Shown here piece by piece: positions 39,818-57,185 of a stretch of 64,000 nt of DNA. Under the pieces are notes generated by a model that did no database searches, had not been told where the DNA came from, and saw only the letters and a list, made by a program, of their open reading frames with translations. The first letter of the stretch is position 1. Each line of letters begins with the position of its first letter. A program made the translations under genes and the position numbers. Origin of the DNA: Eledone cirrhosa (lineage: Eukaryota); NCBI GenBank assembly GCA_964016885.1, contig OZ024741.1:79174001-79238000 (forward strand), in the 5' to 3' direction.

Positions 39818-41719
39818 TATAATAAAAAATGACAAAGCGATACAAAAACAATTACAATTAGTCTTATTAGTTCACGTTTTGGATGAAAGAGAGAAAAAGT
39901 ATGGCGTATCGGGCGTTAGTTCTTCATCTGTAGAGTACAATAAACCAGAGATTAGAAAATAAAAAAATATATTCAAAAAGGAAGACATGTGAGTGTGTGT
40001 GTGTTTATTTTTCAAATAAAAATCGTTCATTTGAAAGTATATGTGTTAGATAGCTATAAGTAACTTGGAATTTCTTATAAGTTCTTCCCAAGTATGTCGA
40101 AAATTCCTTCATTTTCGAGTAATTCTTGAACAGGAACATTGCATGTTTGGTCAGTCCTGAATAGATATACTTGGCTGTTGTACAGTGGTAATATGACGTC
40201 TTTTATTGTATCTCATCTCCTTCGCTTGGTAAATAATTGTTTATATCTTTTATTGAAGTCTCGCAGTAAAAAATTCATCGAAATAATGTCGCAGTTGTCT
40301 GTAGTTCTTTATCTTTTGCATAGCCAAGCTTCCACATACAACTGCTAGCCTCATTAAATAGAATAGCTTCACGTACTTATTCTCTTTCGATACATTACAC
40401 GGCAAGATTGTAAAACTTGCACCACCACCACCACTACCAACAACAACAACAACGACAACAACGACAACAACAACAATAAGAACAGCAACAGTGGGTATTT
40501 TATTTGTGCTGGCTGGATATCACACGCGGGCACATGTTTGGAACATCAGTTTCAGTGAGTTCTCTCGTAACGATTTTTACATTGCGGGAATGTTAAACAA
40601 TTTATAGTCATGACCATTTCCTTTGCAACCCTTTTTGCATTTATCTATACGTCTTCACAAAAGAAAAGAAAATAAAAGCAGAAAAGGAATTTAAAAAAAA
40701 GCAAAAACAAAACAAACCGATTCTTATAACCTCCATTTCTTGGGAAGTCACGACAACCTCTGCAATCAATTTAAAAGCCAGATTTGACCTTTTAATTAAA
40801 TTCTGTCTGTCCACGATAAATCTTCATTAAGAGGCAATCACATTGCTTTCTGTATGAGTTCAGTTAAAAATGTCAGACTGAGTTAACAAATAATTCTCAG
40901 TTCTGTTATTGATGCCATTGGTGCTACAACTACTACTGCTGTTGTTACTGTTCCTATTATGCCTTCTGGCGTTGTTACTGCTGTTGTATCCGATGTATGT
41001 CAATCTATCAATATATTACCTGGATAAATACAGTATTTAGGGAAATGTAGCGACTTAATAATGCTAAGTTAAAACGAGGAGGATGTATCAGCGAAACACA
41101 TTTATTGTTGCTATTGTTAGAGCTGATGTTTTTTAGTTTCAATTTGAGCAGACCTATATAAATAAATGTGTTTCAGTCGTAAGAATCTTGTCATTTTTTC
41201 ACGCATAGTGTATCCAAGATTACATTATCTATGTTGTTCTTTTCAAACTTTAGGGTGGGTGTATTTTGAAGGAGATTTGGTTACTTTTTCTAGCAAATTG
41301 AGAGATCATGTAAAGTCTCTTTCAATGGCCCAGCGCACATTTAATGATTAGATGCTGCTGGAGAAGACTGTTGTCATGCCTCTTAATGGAAGATGCTTTC
41401 AAGATTTCTCTATACGTATTTCGGTATGTCTTACAGACGTATTTAGGTATTATTGGCTATTACAAGGATGATACTTGCAAACAAAAGGTGTAGAAAAGTA
41501 CTTTTTGTATTACTGCTTAGTTGAGAAGGGGAAGGGATGTGTTTGTTACCTTTCTCGTGACCTCCAAAACTGGTGGGAAAGAGAAAAGTCTCTTCAAATC
41601 GGTGATCCGAATGTTTGCAAGAGAGTGGTCTCACGCAATGACCAGCTGGTGGTGTTAAACCAATCAAAAAAATTTAGTTTACCACACATCAGGTATAGCA
41701 GTGTAATTGAGTATATAGA

Positions 41720-42030
41720 CTACCGATCAGAGAATTGTTATACAAAAGAGTGTCGTGGGTATATTACCTCGTGTAATTCTTCGGGCGGTATTGAAAGAAA
41801 GTACACAAGATTTATCGCGAACACATTGAAAAGCCTGTATTACCAGTATCTATTCTAAACCAGATCAAGAGGTAGGAAAAATGTCTCGAAACTTAGACTA
41901 CGGACGGGAACGTATTTCAATAAAATGGTGCATTGTCGGCGAAGCTACTTTGTATTTCAATGGGTCCTGAAACTGTAAGATGTGCCTAACTGACAAGTTT
42001 CAGATATTGAAACAGTTATTGATATCACTT
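41720..42030 (+). pseudogene. Highly decayed PLE GIY-YIG endonuclease remnant
   Basis: ISIKWCIVGEATLYFNGS*NCKMCLTDKFQIL resembles the C-terminus seen at ~26500 and ~46500 (W.I..K..P....C.LCL.E...IL). Confidence 0.5.
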
Positions 42031-43073
42031 AACCGATAATCACAAATACTAAGTGGTCACCAGCCGAGACAGCTTTCATGCTGCCGAAAATCCACGCCCT
42101 GTCGATTTAAATCTACGGACAACCGATCCAATAATCACCTTAGCGCAGTGCCCCTTGATGTTTAAGAGTCTTGACTGGGTGGTTTCCCTTACAACATATC
42201 AGTCTAACAAGCAAGAATAATATTTCTGGTATATTCGATCAACTGATCGACCTGCCTCAAATAATGAAAATCGACTTAGCTAGTGCATTACCAATACATC
42301 GATTCTTTCATATGCATGTTTGTGCGTGTGTGTTTGTGTTGTGACACTTGATGTCATTCGGTTATAAGGCCATACTCTGCAATAAAGTAAATGCTGTATT
42401 ATTGTTGTTTTTGTTGTTGCCCCAGTTCATTTCAATTTGAACGGACGTCTGATGAACGTCTCACTAACTGCGACTGTCTCATCTATTTTCGAGGATTAAT
42501 GTAGCCTGAATAGTATTATACAATGTGTTTTTCCATTAAAGAAAAACGGTAAGGTGTAATTTGAGGAAAGTTAGAAGCTTGTTTAGCAGTCCGGTGGACT
42601 AAACGAATGATCCTGCTTATTGGCTCACTTAGGTCAAGTATCGAGGTTTGGAGCTAATTAAAGTAAAAACGACTGCTCCATCAAGATTCATAAAAAAATG
42701 AAATTAAGTAATCTTACGACTTCAAATACAAACTAAATCAGGTAAAGAGTTCTTGAAAACAATTAAATTTCCAAAAATAGGAAATGAAACTGAGGAGAGA
42801 TATGAAAATCAATATTTGGAAGAAAAATGAAAACCTTTAACTGAATTCAAATGATGATAACATTAATAAGTGATGTAAAATATTTTGTGTTGCGAGTATT
42901 ATTTTGATAAAGTACCGATTTTTTGTATAGCCATGTCTTGGGCAGATTTTAATGCCATTAAAAGGATAATTTATAACATTTTGACATCAAAGAAGACAGA
43001 CGATACACTCCAAATAAAAATGCTACAAAGAGGAGATAAAAATTAAATCAAAATACTTCAAAAGCACTACACA

Positions 43074-43215
<142 letters not shown>

Positions 43216-43229
43216 AATATATGTATTCA

Positions 43230-43269
<40 letters not shown>

Positions 43270-43412
43270 CGGCAAAGAAAAATCTATGTTGAATCGAAAT
43301 ACTACAAAGAGGATGCAAACCAAGTCAAAATACTTCAAAGATACTACAATATATTTTCTCTCTATTAATATATATATATATATATATATGAGTGTGTGTG
43401 CGTATGCGTGTG

Positions 43413-43479
<67 letters not shown>

Positions 43480-43998
43480 TTATGTGTGTGTGTGAAACGA
43501 GAACACATCCAAATAGTAAAAGGGAATTACATCAAATCGAAACACTACAAAGAAAAAGATATGTATTAAATAGAATTTTTACAAAATTTTGTGTGAAAAG
43601 TGGTTTCAGATTTCAGCGATGTTTTTCCCATTATCGACTTCGTATTGAGGATATTCTCGACAATATTCCAAGTTGGAACTCTCACAACTGAAACTGAATA
43701 TATATTGATATAATATTATAAGTTTTAAGACTATTAACCTCATCTGTAGAAATGACCGTTTTTTCAACATTTACATCTACACCATATTTGATTGGGGTGA
43801 CTTCCAATCGGCAATAGACGCCTTATTCCTGAATATATTATTCGGATGGTATGAGATAACAGCTAGCTGATAACGATCAGAAATAACACCGAATGAAACT
43901 CAATACATATATGGTCTGTAAAATTATAATCACATTAAGCTTGACTCATCTTAGACATTTAGATATTTAATAAATAAATATTATTACTATGATTTAGA

Positions 43999-44184
43999 GG
44001 CGGTAGATTGGCAGTATCAGTAGAGGGTCGGACGCCATGCTTTGACTCGAAGAGTTACGCCCCTTTACGATCTGAGTTCAAATCCCGCCGAGGTTATCTT
44101 TGTTTTTCATCCTTACGGGGTCGATAAAATAAAGTACCAGTAATGTACTGGGTATTTGCTGGCCTTGTGCCAAAAGTAGAAACA
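43999..44184 (+). mobile_element. tRNA-derived SINE with 19-bp target-site duplication
   Basis: ggcggtagattggcag.. A-box region; B-box-like GAGTTCAAATCC; body tttcatcc..ggggtcgataaaataaagtaccag; TSD attattactatgatttaga at 43980-43998 and 44185-44203. Confidence 0.85.
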
Positions 44185-44640
44185 ATTATTACTATGATTT
44201 AGATAAAGCGTTAAAGCATTTCAGATTTGGGCGAGGAACCTTGAAAAGTGTGTCACCTATACGGAACGAGAGACTTTACCAAAATAGATATACATCAGCT
44301 AGAGTATATATATATTTATACTTTAACACTCGGTGATGTATACTGCATTAAAATTGTAAGTTGAACTTCCTCACTCTATTTACCTAGCTCGATTTATATT
44401 TTATTGTTTCCTGTACTGTATTTGTATTCTATTTGAAAACACACAAGAAGAGTGGTTTTGGTAATGGCCATATCTTTTTTCAATTTTGCCACCGTCTATG
44501 CCTGTAAATGGTCAGGATTGGCTTATCTTCTCCTTGATGTGATGTCAGGCGTCACTAAAGGGTTTTTTACACTTGCCACTAGAAACTGAACATGGTAGAA
44601 CGTCATTTTTGTCTTTCCATCATAGTGAGGCGAACTCCCG

Positions 44641-44727
44641 CTGACGAACCGGCCCAATGCCTAATTACGTAATACCCATTTTATTCCAGTTATAGGGACT
44701 CATAGGCAATATACGGTGAAAGCTTCT
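44641..44727 (+). ncRNA. Hammerhead-like motif with long stem II
   Basis: CTGACGA-accg..tgccta...taggca..cggt-GAAA-gc-TTC; stem I not evident. Confidence 0.45.
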
Positions 44728-44740
44728 AATTTTATTTTCA

Positions 44741-44817
<77 letters not shown>

Positions 44818-44999
44818 CACAAAACCGCCATCTCAATTCTACTTTTGGGAAGCACAAGAACTGCGAAACCGTAAAGGAACCAAATAAGTATATTAAAAAA
44901 AAAAAAAATACTCCAGTTGCATTTTCGATTTCATCTTTGTCCTTATACTTTCACTCGTGTAGGACACCTTCTTTTTTCCATTTTGTAAAAAAACCTCAC

Positions 45000-48749
<3,750 letters not shown>

Positions 48750-48910
48750 AAATTTAGCTTCGTTTATTACTGCTATATATATTTCAGTGACCGCCATCTT
48801 TGGCTGTGATCTCTTCAGGCAGTCCGAATTAGTGTGGTATAGACAAATATATATATATATATATATATATCCGTGTATATATATCCATATATATATATAT
48901 CCGTATATAT

Positions 48911-48976
<66 letters not shown>

Positions 48977-49204
48977 AAATAGTAAACAGAAACAAAATAC
49001 CAAACAATACAGTACAATGAAGAAATATATTGTTTAATGATTGATATAGTAGAGAAAAAGTCTTAACGTTTCGGTCACTAGTCCTTTATCAGAAAATTGA
49101 ATTAGAAATCTAAAGAGTGAGAAGAGGAAAGAACGAAAAGAAATTTATTGGAGAATCAGCACAATTGTGTTCAGTCAGATATTTTGGGGTAATATATAAA
49201 TATA

Positions 49205-49350
49205 TGAAGGCCTTCCGACTGCCAAATTTCAAATTCTACTCAAAAGGCATTGGTCAATCGAAAGCTATAGTAGAATGCACTAACCGAATGTGAGTTGCAG
49301 TTTTATCGAACCCAGAACTGCGTGGTTGTGAAGTTAAATTTTTACCCATA
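49205..49350 (-). mobile_element. Decayed tRNA-derived SINE (related copies at ~37585-37695 and ~50740-50790, both +)
   Basis: gctatagtagaa..cac..atcgaacccagaac..gtggttg.gaag: reverse-complement B-box (GGTTCGAT) and the family body. Confidence 0.5.
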
Positions 49351-50547
49351 TTTTAATATATTTAGCATAAATTTCTGTAAGAAGTACATTTAGACAAGTT
49401 CAGGTTAGCATATTTGTGGTGATACAAAAATAATGTTCAATTAATAGAAATTATAATACCAACGAAAAAATATTGCTAACTTTATTCTCAGATGGAGAAG
49501 GGAGAGAACTATTGAAATTTAGACCAATTAAAAAGCAATTTTAATGGAGATTAAAGAGGAGAGTACGTGTTGACTTCGTTAATCATGAATATAACTACGG
49601 CATCATTCCTCAGCGAAGCATTATTCATTCAAATGTGTTAGAAATGTTAAATATGCTTTAATCAAACGCAGTTCTGGACAGCTATTTATTTATCGATCAC
49701 TGAAGAATTAAAGAAGTCAGTTACGAGCGAAAACGAAAGAAACAATACCGCAAAGCTTTTAATCCGATAGACTACTGATTCTGTTCTCCCCCGTATTTCT
49801 ATCAAATGTTTTTAATGGTTTAGTCAACTTCATGGTGCAAGGAAGAAAACTTAGCGGGAGTTATCCTCTGACGAGAGATCTAAGCCAAAAACATACAAAA
49901 GACTAGATCCAATAAAGGATCAATCTAGAATGCAACAGACTAAGTCTGACAAGAAAAAGGTTCCAACAACGGGTTTCAGCGCAGTTTCTATTATTGTTGT
50001 TTTCTTTGGTGTAAATAAAATAATAAATTATATATTATTAGACCGTTTGATGTAACTAATATCCTGCGTGTCCACATTAGTTGTACAACTGCTATAACCT
50101 CCACCGCAAATTCGCCATTTATCATCCATTCGCAATACATGTCTACGTATCTATATCTGTCCAGACGCAATTCTTACACCACGTAAACAATATATTTGAT
50201 ATTCGTCTGCATTCTCAAATTGCGATGAATCTTTATTGTAAGATAAAATTACATATACAATGAACCGCAATTAACCTTTTCCTTAAATCTCTCTCGTCCT
50301 ATCATTCACTTCCGTTCTTTTTCTCGCTTTTTTTCTCTCTTTTCTTCTCAATTTCTCTCTCTTTCCCATGCTTCCCATTCTCAATTAAACTCTTTCTATC
50401 TTTCATTGTCAGAAAGCTTTTGAATTCATTGTCTGTGTGTGTGTGATTCACAGCCATGAAACATTACATTTCTTACACATATAAACACTTCGTATGCTTA
50501 GAATTTCGTGCGGAGAGAGAGAAAGAGAGGGAGAGAGAGAGAGAGAG

Positions 50548-50588
<41 letters not shown>

Positions 50589-51220
50589 GAGAGAAATAGA
50601 GAGAAAGAGAGAGAAGAACTTTTTTCTCATAAAAACAAAGTTATTCTCAAATATTGTTTTTTATCACTCACATTCAAGCATATCGGTTGTATAATCATTA
50701 GCCACACCCACAGCATCAATTAACAATGAATCAACTTTGAACGTGTGGTTAAGTAATATGGTTTGCAATCAAGTGCTGTCAAGTTCGCGCGTGTTATGCT
50801 GGATTCCCTGCACATAGGAAAAAGCGAGGATGATCATAACTGGAATGCATTTGATAAGATATCTGCTCGATCGTAGATGATATAGAGCTAAACAAAATGC
50901 CACAACTATTCACTATGAATAGTATTAACATGGATTAAGCTGTGCATTTGCCATGAACAATCTTATAACAGGTAAGTCAATAGAAACAACAAAATATGTG
51001 CAGAAAAATCAATATTGCGGAAATGATCGTATATGAAGCAGACGTCACCATCACATAATTGAGCCACACGTAAAGTGTAAGAACTCGATTGATATGGTGA
51101 AAAGGAAATTTGACAAAGTTGCCTCAATCATATACCTTTTTTCAGTAATATAATAGTATCACTGATGATGTCACAGGTGTGTGACGAAAGAACTCCGAGA
51201 GACTATATATATATATATAT

Positions 51221-51656
51221 AAATTAATATGTATGTGATGAAACACAGATACCAACACATCTGTATATATATTGCAAAAGAAAAATTTAGCCAGATTGAA
51301 GTATACTAATTATTATACTACAGTTTGTCCATATCGATTTAAAATAATAAATCAACGAAGACGAACTGTATTGCCAAGAGGCCGTATCTACGGAACAGGT
51401 TTGATTTTGAAATTTAAATGTGTCTAAACATCAATGGCAATACAGTTCGTCTTCGTTGATTTATTATTTTAAATCGATATGGACAAACTGTAGTATAATA
51501 ATTAGTATACTTCAATCTGGCTAAATTTTTCTTTTGCAATATATATACAGATGTGTTGGTATCTGTGTTTCATCACATACATATTAATTTATACACTGCT
51601 CAGGGGGTATTTTCCTCCTTCGAGCTGATTCCATTGTAAAAGAATTCATTACCTTA

Positions 51657-51660
<4 letters not shown>
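51221..51660. repeat. Fold-back: perfect arms 51221-51377 / 51435-51591 plus ~68-nt right tail
   Basis: aaattaatatgtatgtgatg...tattgcca / tggcaata...catcacatacatattaattt; TA flanks. Confidence 0.9.
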
Positions 51661-51698
<38 letters not shown>

Positions 51699-51701
<3 letters not shown>

Positions 51702-52112
51702 TTAAGGATACTATTTATGGTTATGTATATACTAAAACCTTTTATAGTTATATATATTTTATACCCTAAATAGTGAAAGACAGTAATTTATTACTATCTT
51801 ATTACCAGTAAGATAAATAGCTCAATGTAACAACATCAGTTGTTTTACAGAGCAGTTATATAGAGATTACATGAATCAAAGTTCTGTTTAAATCATTTAT
51901 TTGCTTACAATTGTTTCTTCCAAACCGAGGTTTGAAGTCTTCGGAGCAATTATTCAGTGATTTTTAACATACTTGTGTTGAAAAGGAGGTCAAGTATGTT
52001 AAAAATCACTGAATAATTGCTCCGAAGACTCCAAACCTCGGTTTGGAAGAAACAATTGTAAGCAAATAAATGATTTAAACAGAACTTTGATTCATGTAAT
52101 CTCTCTCTCTCT
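51699..52112. mobile_element. Fold-back: arms ~51862-51975 / 51991-52104 plus ~160-nt left tail; HHR in each arm
   Basis: HHR 52017-52065: ttgct-CCGAAGA-ctccaaacc tc ggtttggaa-GAAA-caattg-TA-agcaa. Confidence 0.85.
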
Positions 52113-52128
52113 ATATATATATATATAT

Positions 52129-52903
52129 AAATTTCGCTCTACATGGCTGAATACAATAAATGTAATCTGAGTTTTTCGAATATTAATAATATATTCGATT
52201 CGTTTGCAATTATGCAAACAACCCTCAATTTTATAGCCATGTCAGTAGAATAAGCCCTTCATTATTGCTCTCGTGTTGGCATGCGAACAGAACTGCAGAC
52301 ACTAATGTTTCTGGGTATCACCCTTCATCAGTACAGCTCACTGTTCACCTGCCAAACTGTCAGAGCTAATGAAATTATATGCTATTTTCAAAAATACACA
52401 GTGACTGATCGGACTGATTTGCATATTAGCAGATCCACTGATCAGTCAGATTTGAATATCAGCATTTATTGTATTCAGCCATGGAGAGCGAGATTTCTCT
52501 TTTGTTTGAATTTGTACAAAGCCGGTCATTTATCGCTCGTATACAGGAAACCGACTGGCCAGTCTGCTTATATGCAAATCTGGCTGATCAGTGGATCTGC
52601 TAATATGCAGATCTGACTGATCAGCTAGTCTGCTAATATGCAAATCAGTCCGATCAGTCACTGTGTATTTTTGAAAATAGCATATATTTTCACTAGCTCT
52701 GACAGTTTGGCAGGTGAACAGTGAGCTGTACTGATGAAGGGTGATACCCAGACACATTAGTGTCTGCAGTTCTGTTCGCATGCCAACACAAGAGCAAGAA
52801 TGAAGGGTTTATTCTACTGACATGGCTATAACATTGAGACTTGTTTGCATAATTGCAAACGAATCGAATATTATTATTAATATTCGAAAAACTCAGATTA
52901 CAT
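52129..52903. mobile_element. Retrozyme-like non-autonomous element: ~440-nt monomer (+) with inverted partial copy
   Basis: 52160-52462 is the reverse complement of ~52600-52903. 52129-52163 is the reverse complement of 52463-52497. Full HHR in each arm. Confidence 0.8.
52285..52346 (-). ncRNA. Canonical type I hammerhead ribozyme (GUC site)
   Basis: Minus strand: gaacag tg agctgta-CTGATGA-a gggt gat accc a-GAAA-ca ttag tg-TC-tgcagtt ctgttc. The plus-strand copy at 52716-52777 has GAAA>GACA. Confidence 0.9.
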
Positions 52904-52924
52904 ATATTATATATATATATATAT

Positions 52925-53100
52925 TTAGATCTATATTTTTAACTGTTGGTCAATCAATGATAAACATTGATTGTCAGCTAAATTAACTATAGGGATATAA
53001 AATATACGGAAGCGAAAACCAACCCAAACCAAACAGTGAGCATGTTTTATTGTATATTTCTGGCAATATTATAACATGATCCTCCCCAAATATAACTATA
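52925..53100 (+). mobile_element. Divergent Naiad-like pLTR fragment
   Basis: gaagcgaaaaccaac..aaacagtgag..tttctggcaatatta..atgatcctccccaaatata matches 12855-12935. Confidence 0.65.
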
Positions 53101-53129
53101 AATAAATATATAAAGAGAGAGAGAGTGTG

Positions 53130-55428
53130 TGTGGGACTAGCTTTTGTGGTCACTTTAGGAAGACGCAGGACGATTTTGAGAAAAAGTCTATATAAATAAA
53201 AATCTCCCTTTCCTTGTTAAATACAGATTCAACATGATGCAAAGAGCAATTGGAAGTTTCTTCAAGACAACTTGTTGGGTTCCACTGATGAGATCATTGG
53301 TTAGTACAAGGTACCAGTCAAAGAAATAATGGTGGAATAGTGCTGAGATATAGATCCATAAAAGCTAAAGGACGGGTCTGAAAAGACTGGAAGAAATGGA
53401 TCAGTAAGGAACAGTATCAAGTTGCTGGAAGAGAAGCTTAACGTCGGATTTTTATAGCTCAAAGAGAAGCTAAAAACAAAAGGTTTGTAATGTTTCACTG
53501 CAAATCAAGAGGTTGTTGTGTAAAGTGTACTCAGATTGACAATGATACACATAGCTTCACTGAAATATTATTATGAGAAGTTACTGATTGTAGAATATGT
53601 GTGGAAGGGAGAGGGACTACTGCCAGTAATCCCAACAAAGGGACCAACTATTGAAGTCAACAGTCTTATGATTAAAGAGGCCATTAAGGAAAACCCCCCA
53701 AGCTAAACAAGATAGTCTCAGAAATGCTGGAAATATCCGGCGACGTATAGCTCCGTCTAGATACTTGCATAGTCACTCAGGTGACGATGGTATACTTTAT
53801 GAATGACATACCCTTATCATTACTAATTGCAACTAGGGTAAGAGGGAGGCTCTAAAAAGGAGCAACGATATAGGTATCAGGTTATAAAAGTAACAGAAAG
53901 TTTTAGCACAACTGATTAGGAAGAGAAAAAGATTAGATGAAAAGTAGTTCTGATTTGTGCCAGAATTGAGTACCACCGATGGTGAGACAACTTGTGAGAA
54001 AAAGGCTATCGATGGTGAGACTTCTTGGTAAGACGATTGCAAGAAAGGGTTCTAGCTAAGGTTAAGCTGCTATATGTAAGGTTCGTTGATTTGGTGAAAA
54101 CCTCTGATAGAGTATCATGATGAATGGCTTTTGAGAGCAGTGCAAGCCACGCACAAAATGACGCCACTAAAGTGAGAATTGGCAATGAGCTAAGTGAATA
54201 ATTTACTGAACAATTAGATGTGCATCAAAGCTCACTCCTTAGCAACCTCCTGTTTATTATAGTTCTTTAGGTCATTACAGAGGAGATTAAGACCGGTTAT
54301 CCGTGGAAACCCTTCTATGCCGATGATCTAGTTGAATGTATGAAATATGCAAAGAAGAAATTCCATGTGGGGAAATCATAATGGAGACTAAAGTTTTAGT
54401 AAGTAGGAAAGAAGACAATACCCTGTTACTACCAGAGAAATGACTAAGCTCAATATACAGAAGAGAAGTAAATAGGATTACAATACGACACACTCAATAT
54501 AAAAAAATAAGTACACAAGCGGTTTAAAGAAGTTGCAGATAAGCTAGCAAGGAAAGTAGATTTAGTATGCTTCTGATGCACGAGGATAGTAGTTTGTGTC
54601 GAACACTTGAGAAATCAACTTTTTCCAATTCAGGTTAGTTTTATAGAAATAGTGGATAGCTTGTTACCTAAAAAGTGTAATTAGCAGAAGAAAAGGGTGT
54701 TCTGAAAGCGTAGTAGCTAGGAGAACAGGGTGGAAAACAATTTCAGCGAGTTACTATCTCTTTTTGCAACGACCGAATGGTAAATTGTATGATGCTTGTG
54801 TAGGCAGTGCAAAGCTACATAGTAGTGGGCTATAACCCACTGCTAAGTAGCTATAGAAAATTAAAAATAAAGAAATCGAGCATGCTCCATTGGATGTGTA
54901 ATATTAGTACTCATTAACGTTGAAGCACAAATGAATTGAGAGGGGAAGATTGTGCTGACAGCTATAAACCTTTCTTGCAATCGTCTTACCAAGGAGTCTC
55001 ACCATCGATAGCCCTTTTCTCACAAGTCTCACCCTCGGTGGTACTCAATTCTGGCACAAATCAGAACTACTTTTCATCTAATCATTTTCTCTTCCTAATC
55101 AGTTATGCTAAAACTCTTTCTGCTACTTTTATAACCTGATACCTATATCGTTGCTCCTTTTTAGAGTCACACTTTTACCCTTGTTGCAATTAGTAATGAT
55201 AAGGGTATGTCATGTAATGCGCATGGATGAGAGTCGGGTGAGAAGTGTGACAAATGGAAGGAAAACGCAGGAAGAGAGACCATAGATGACTTGCGAAGGA
55301 GATGATGAAGTAAAGAAAGCAGTCGAAAGATGCCGAAATAATGGGTATAACTTGTCTAACCCATGCAAGTATGGATAATAGAACGTAAGAACGATGATGA
55401 TGATAATGAAGATGATGATGATGAAGGC
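53130..55428 (+). mobile_element. Old RTE-type LINE remnant with (GAT)n tail and internal inverted duplication
   Basis: Degenerate RYRYQVIK, FVDLVKTSDRV, VHQSSLLSNLLFIIV, LLYADDL; tail gatgatgat at ~55392-55425. 53802-54058 is inverted at 54960-55213. Confidence 0.65.
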
Positions 55429-55581
55429 TATGATAACCAATTAAAAACATTAAGTAAATAATGGGTTAGGGATCTGATAGCCTTTTGCTAACATATAATT
55501 AACGAATGCTATTATATACATGTATATTATTTTCTTACCAGTTTAAACCGATATAATCCTAACCCATCTATCTATATCTAT

Positions 55582-57185
55582 CTAAGGGGAATGACATAGG
55601 CAACTTCCGGCCCATAACTCTGCTAAACACAGAGTTACAGATTTTGGCCAAGGTGTTGGCAAAGAGGCTGGCGCTTGTCGTCGAAAACCTGGTGGGAGAA
55701 GCGCAGACATGCGCAATCCCGACCAGGTCCATACACGACAACCTCCACCTCATGCGATACATCGTAGAGAGGGTAGGGTGTAAACCCGGCTTCGGACGGA
55801 AGGACTGGTGAAGCTACTCGGGGTCTGGTTTGGTCCGGACCTCCAGGTGGAGAAGAACTGGAACGAGGTGACGGCCAAGTTGTTTGCACTCACCCAGAAG
55901 TGGGCCGAGTGCAAACTATCCTTGAAAGGTCGAGCGGAGGTGGCGAACACTTTTATAGCATCCGTCATCTACTACCGCTTGACCATCGTGCTTTGTCCAG
56001 CCAAAACGCTCACCAAAATGGAGCGCGCGCTCTTCCAATTCCTTTGGAAGAAGCGGGCTCTTTTGGTGAGAAGATCCATCTGCTGCCAACACCCTTCGAA
56101 CGGCAGGCTGGGGGAAGCCGTGGCTGACGATGCGCAAACACCCGCTCAGTCTGCGGCATCTCTACGTATTCCTCACCGGACAACCGGTGTGGGCCCCGTT
56201 CGTGAGGCGAGCGTTCTCACGACTCGTCTCGCTGAGCGAACTGCAGTCCTGGGTCAAGCAAAGACCGAGTAAAATGGGCGACTGGCACATCGAATGTGCT
56301 CAGGCGCTCACAGCCCTCTGGCAGGCGGACTCGGCGATGAGTGGAGACTCCACTTCGTCATTCTATAGAGGGTTGATCCGCAGCAAGTGCGACGACGCGC
56401 TCGGAGAAACTCTAGGCGTGGAGGAAGACGAACTGGCCAGTCTGTTCGGTAGGGCCTTCCGCCCGGGACCGATGGACAACTTCCAAAGGTCCCTGGCCTG
56501 GCAGTGCTAGCGAGGAGCTCTACCAGTTCGAGACAAGCTCTACAGACATGGGCGCCCGGGCAGGGACCCTTCGAAAAAGATCTGTCCGAGATGCGTGCGA
56601 GACGAAGAAACCTGTGGGGGTATGTAGAACGACTATTGTCACGGGTGGGACCAATCCAGTTGACCACAGAGTCCATTGTCATAATCAAACCGCCACCCTC
56701 CTTCAAAAACGAAGGAGAGGCGGTTTTCCTTTGGCGAAAGAGGTTGTATGGTGGACGAGGTTAAAAGGGCTGAGGTCAGACACCTTTCTCTCCGGCAAAC
56801 AACTGATTCTTTTTTTCAAATACCACTTTGGAAGAAGAATCAGGATGGAGAGAGAGGTGCTGTACCCCAGAAAGTTTTATGAAAGGTGGGTGAAAGTGGA
56901 GAGAATGGCCCGAGTGAATGGGCCTTCTCTCTATATAAGCCTGTAGGTTGAGGAAAAAGAGGAATACAGGAAAGGGATACAAACTCTTCGTACTCCTGGA
57001 GATGAGGGTTGCACATGTTTTTCGGGGGAATGTGCTACCCATATGAACCGTCTCCCTCTATTGGGGAAAATAGATTAACTTTTAATTTACAATTGTGATA
57101 ACATTTTACACGTTTTTATTGTATGTAAACTCCCTCCTTTGTAATTGTCCCCTTCTTTTGTGCCCCTGTGGCTAATAAAGAAACA
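55582..57185 (+). mobile_element. L1/Tx1-type LINE, internally deleted ORF2 3' part
   Basis: NFRPITLLNTELQILAKVLAKRL..QTCAIPTRSIHDN; VKLLGVWF..W..LSLKGRAEVANTFIAS..Y; AATAAA at 57174; tatc-like flanks. Confidence 0.85.

Larger units (their letters stand above)
35700..42600 (+). repeat. Dispersed decayed copies of one cephalopod repeat (~35700-35930, ~37700-37880, ~41120-41320, ~42420-42600)
   Basis: Shared degenerate blocks gagcagacctat.., tacattat..atgtgt.., gtgatttga..gatttggctgctatttctagcag. Confidence 0.45.

Noticed and set aside
35450-43050. Possible host exons in the TA-poorer stretch (e.g. ORFs 38086-38301, 40139-40348, 41475-41858)
   Set aside because: No recognisable protein family or convincing splice context; partly decayed repeats. 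Small exons cannot be excluded without RNA-seq.
51420-51486. HHR in the 51221-51660 fold-back
   Set aside because: Only a TAAA-tcga-TA-tggac remnant is visible; the CUGANGA core is missing.
52401-52662. Short regularly spaced repeats as a CRISPR array
   Set aside because: Tandem subrepeats without unique spacers, eukaryotic context, no cas genes.
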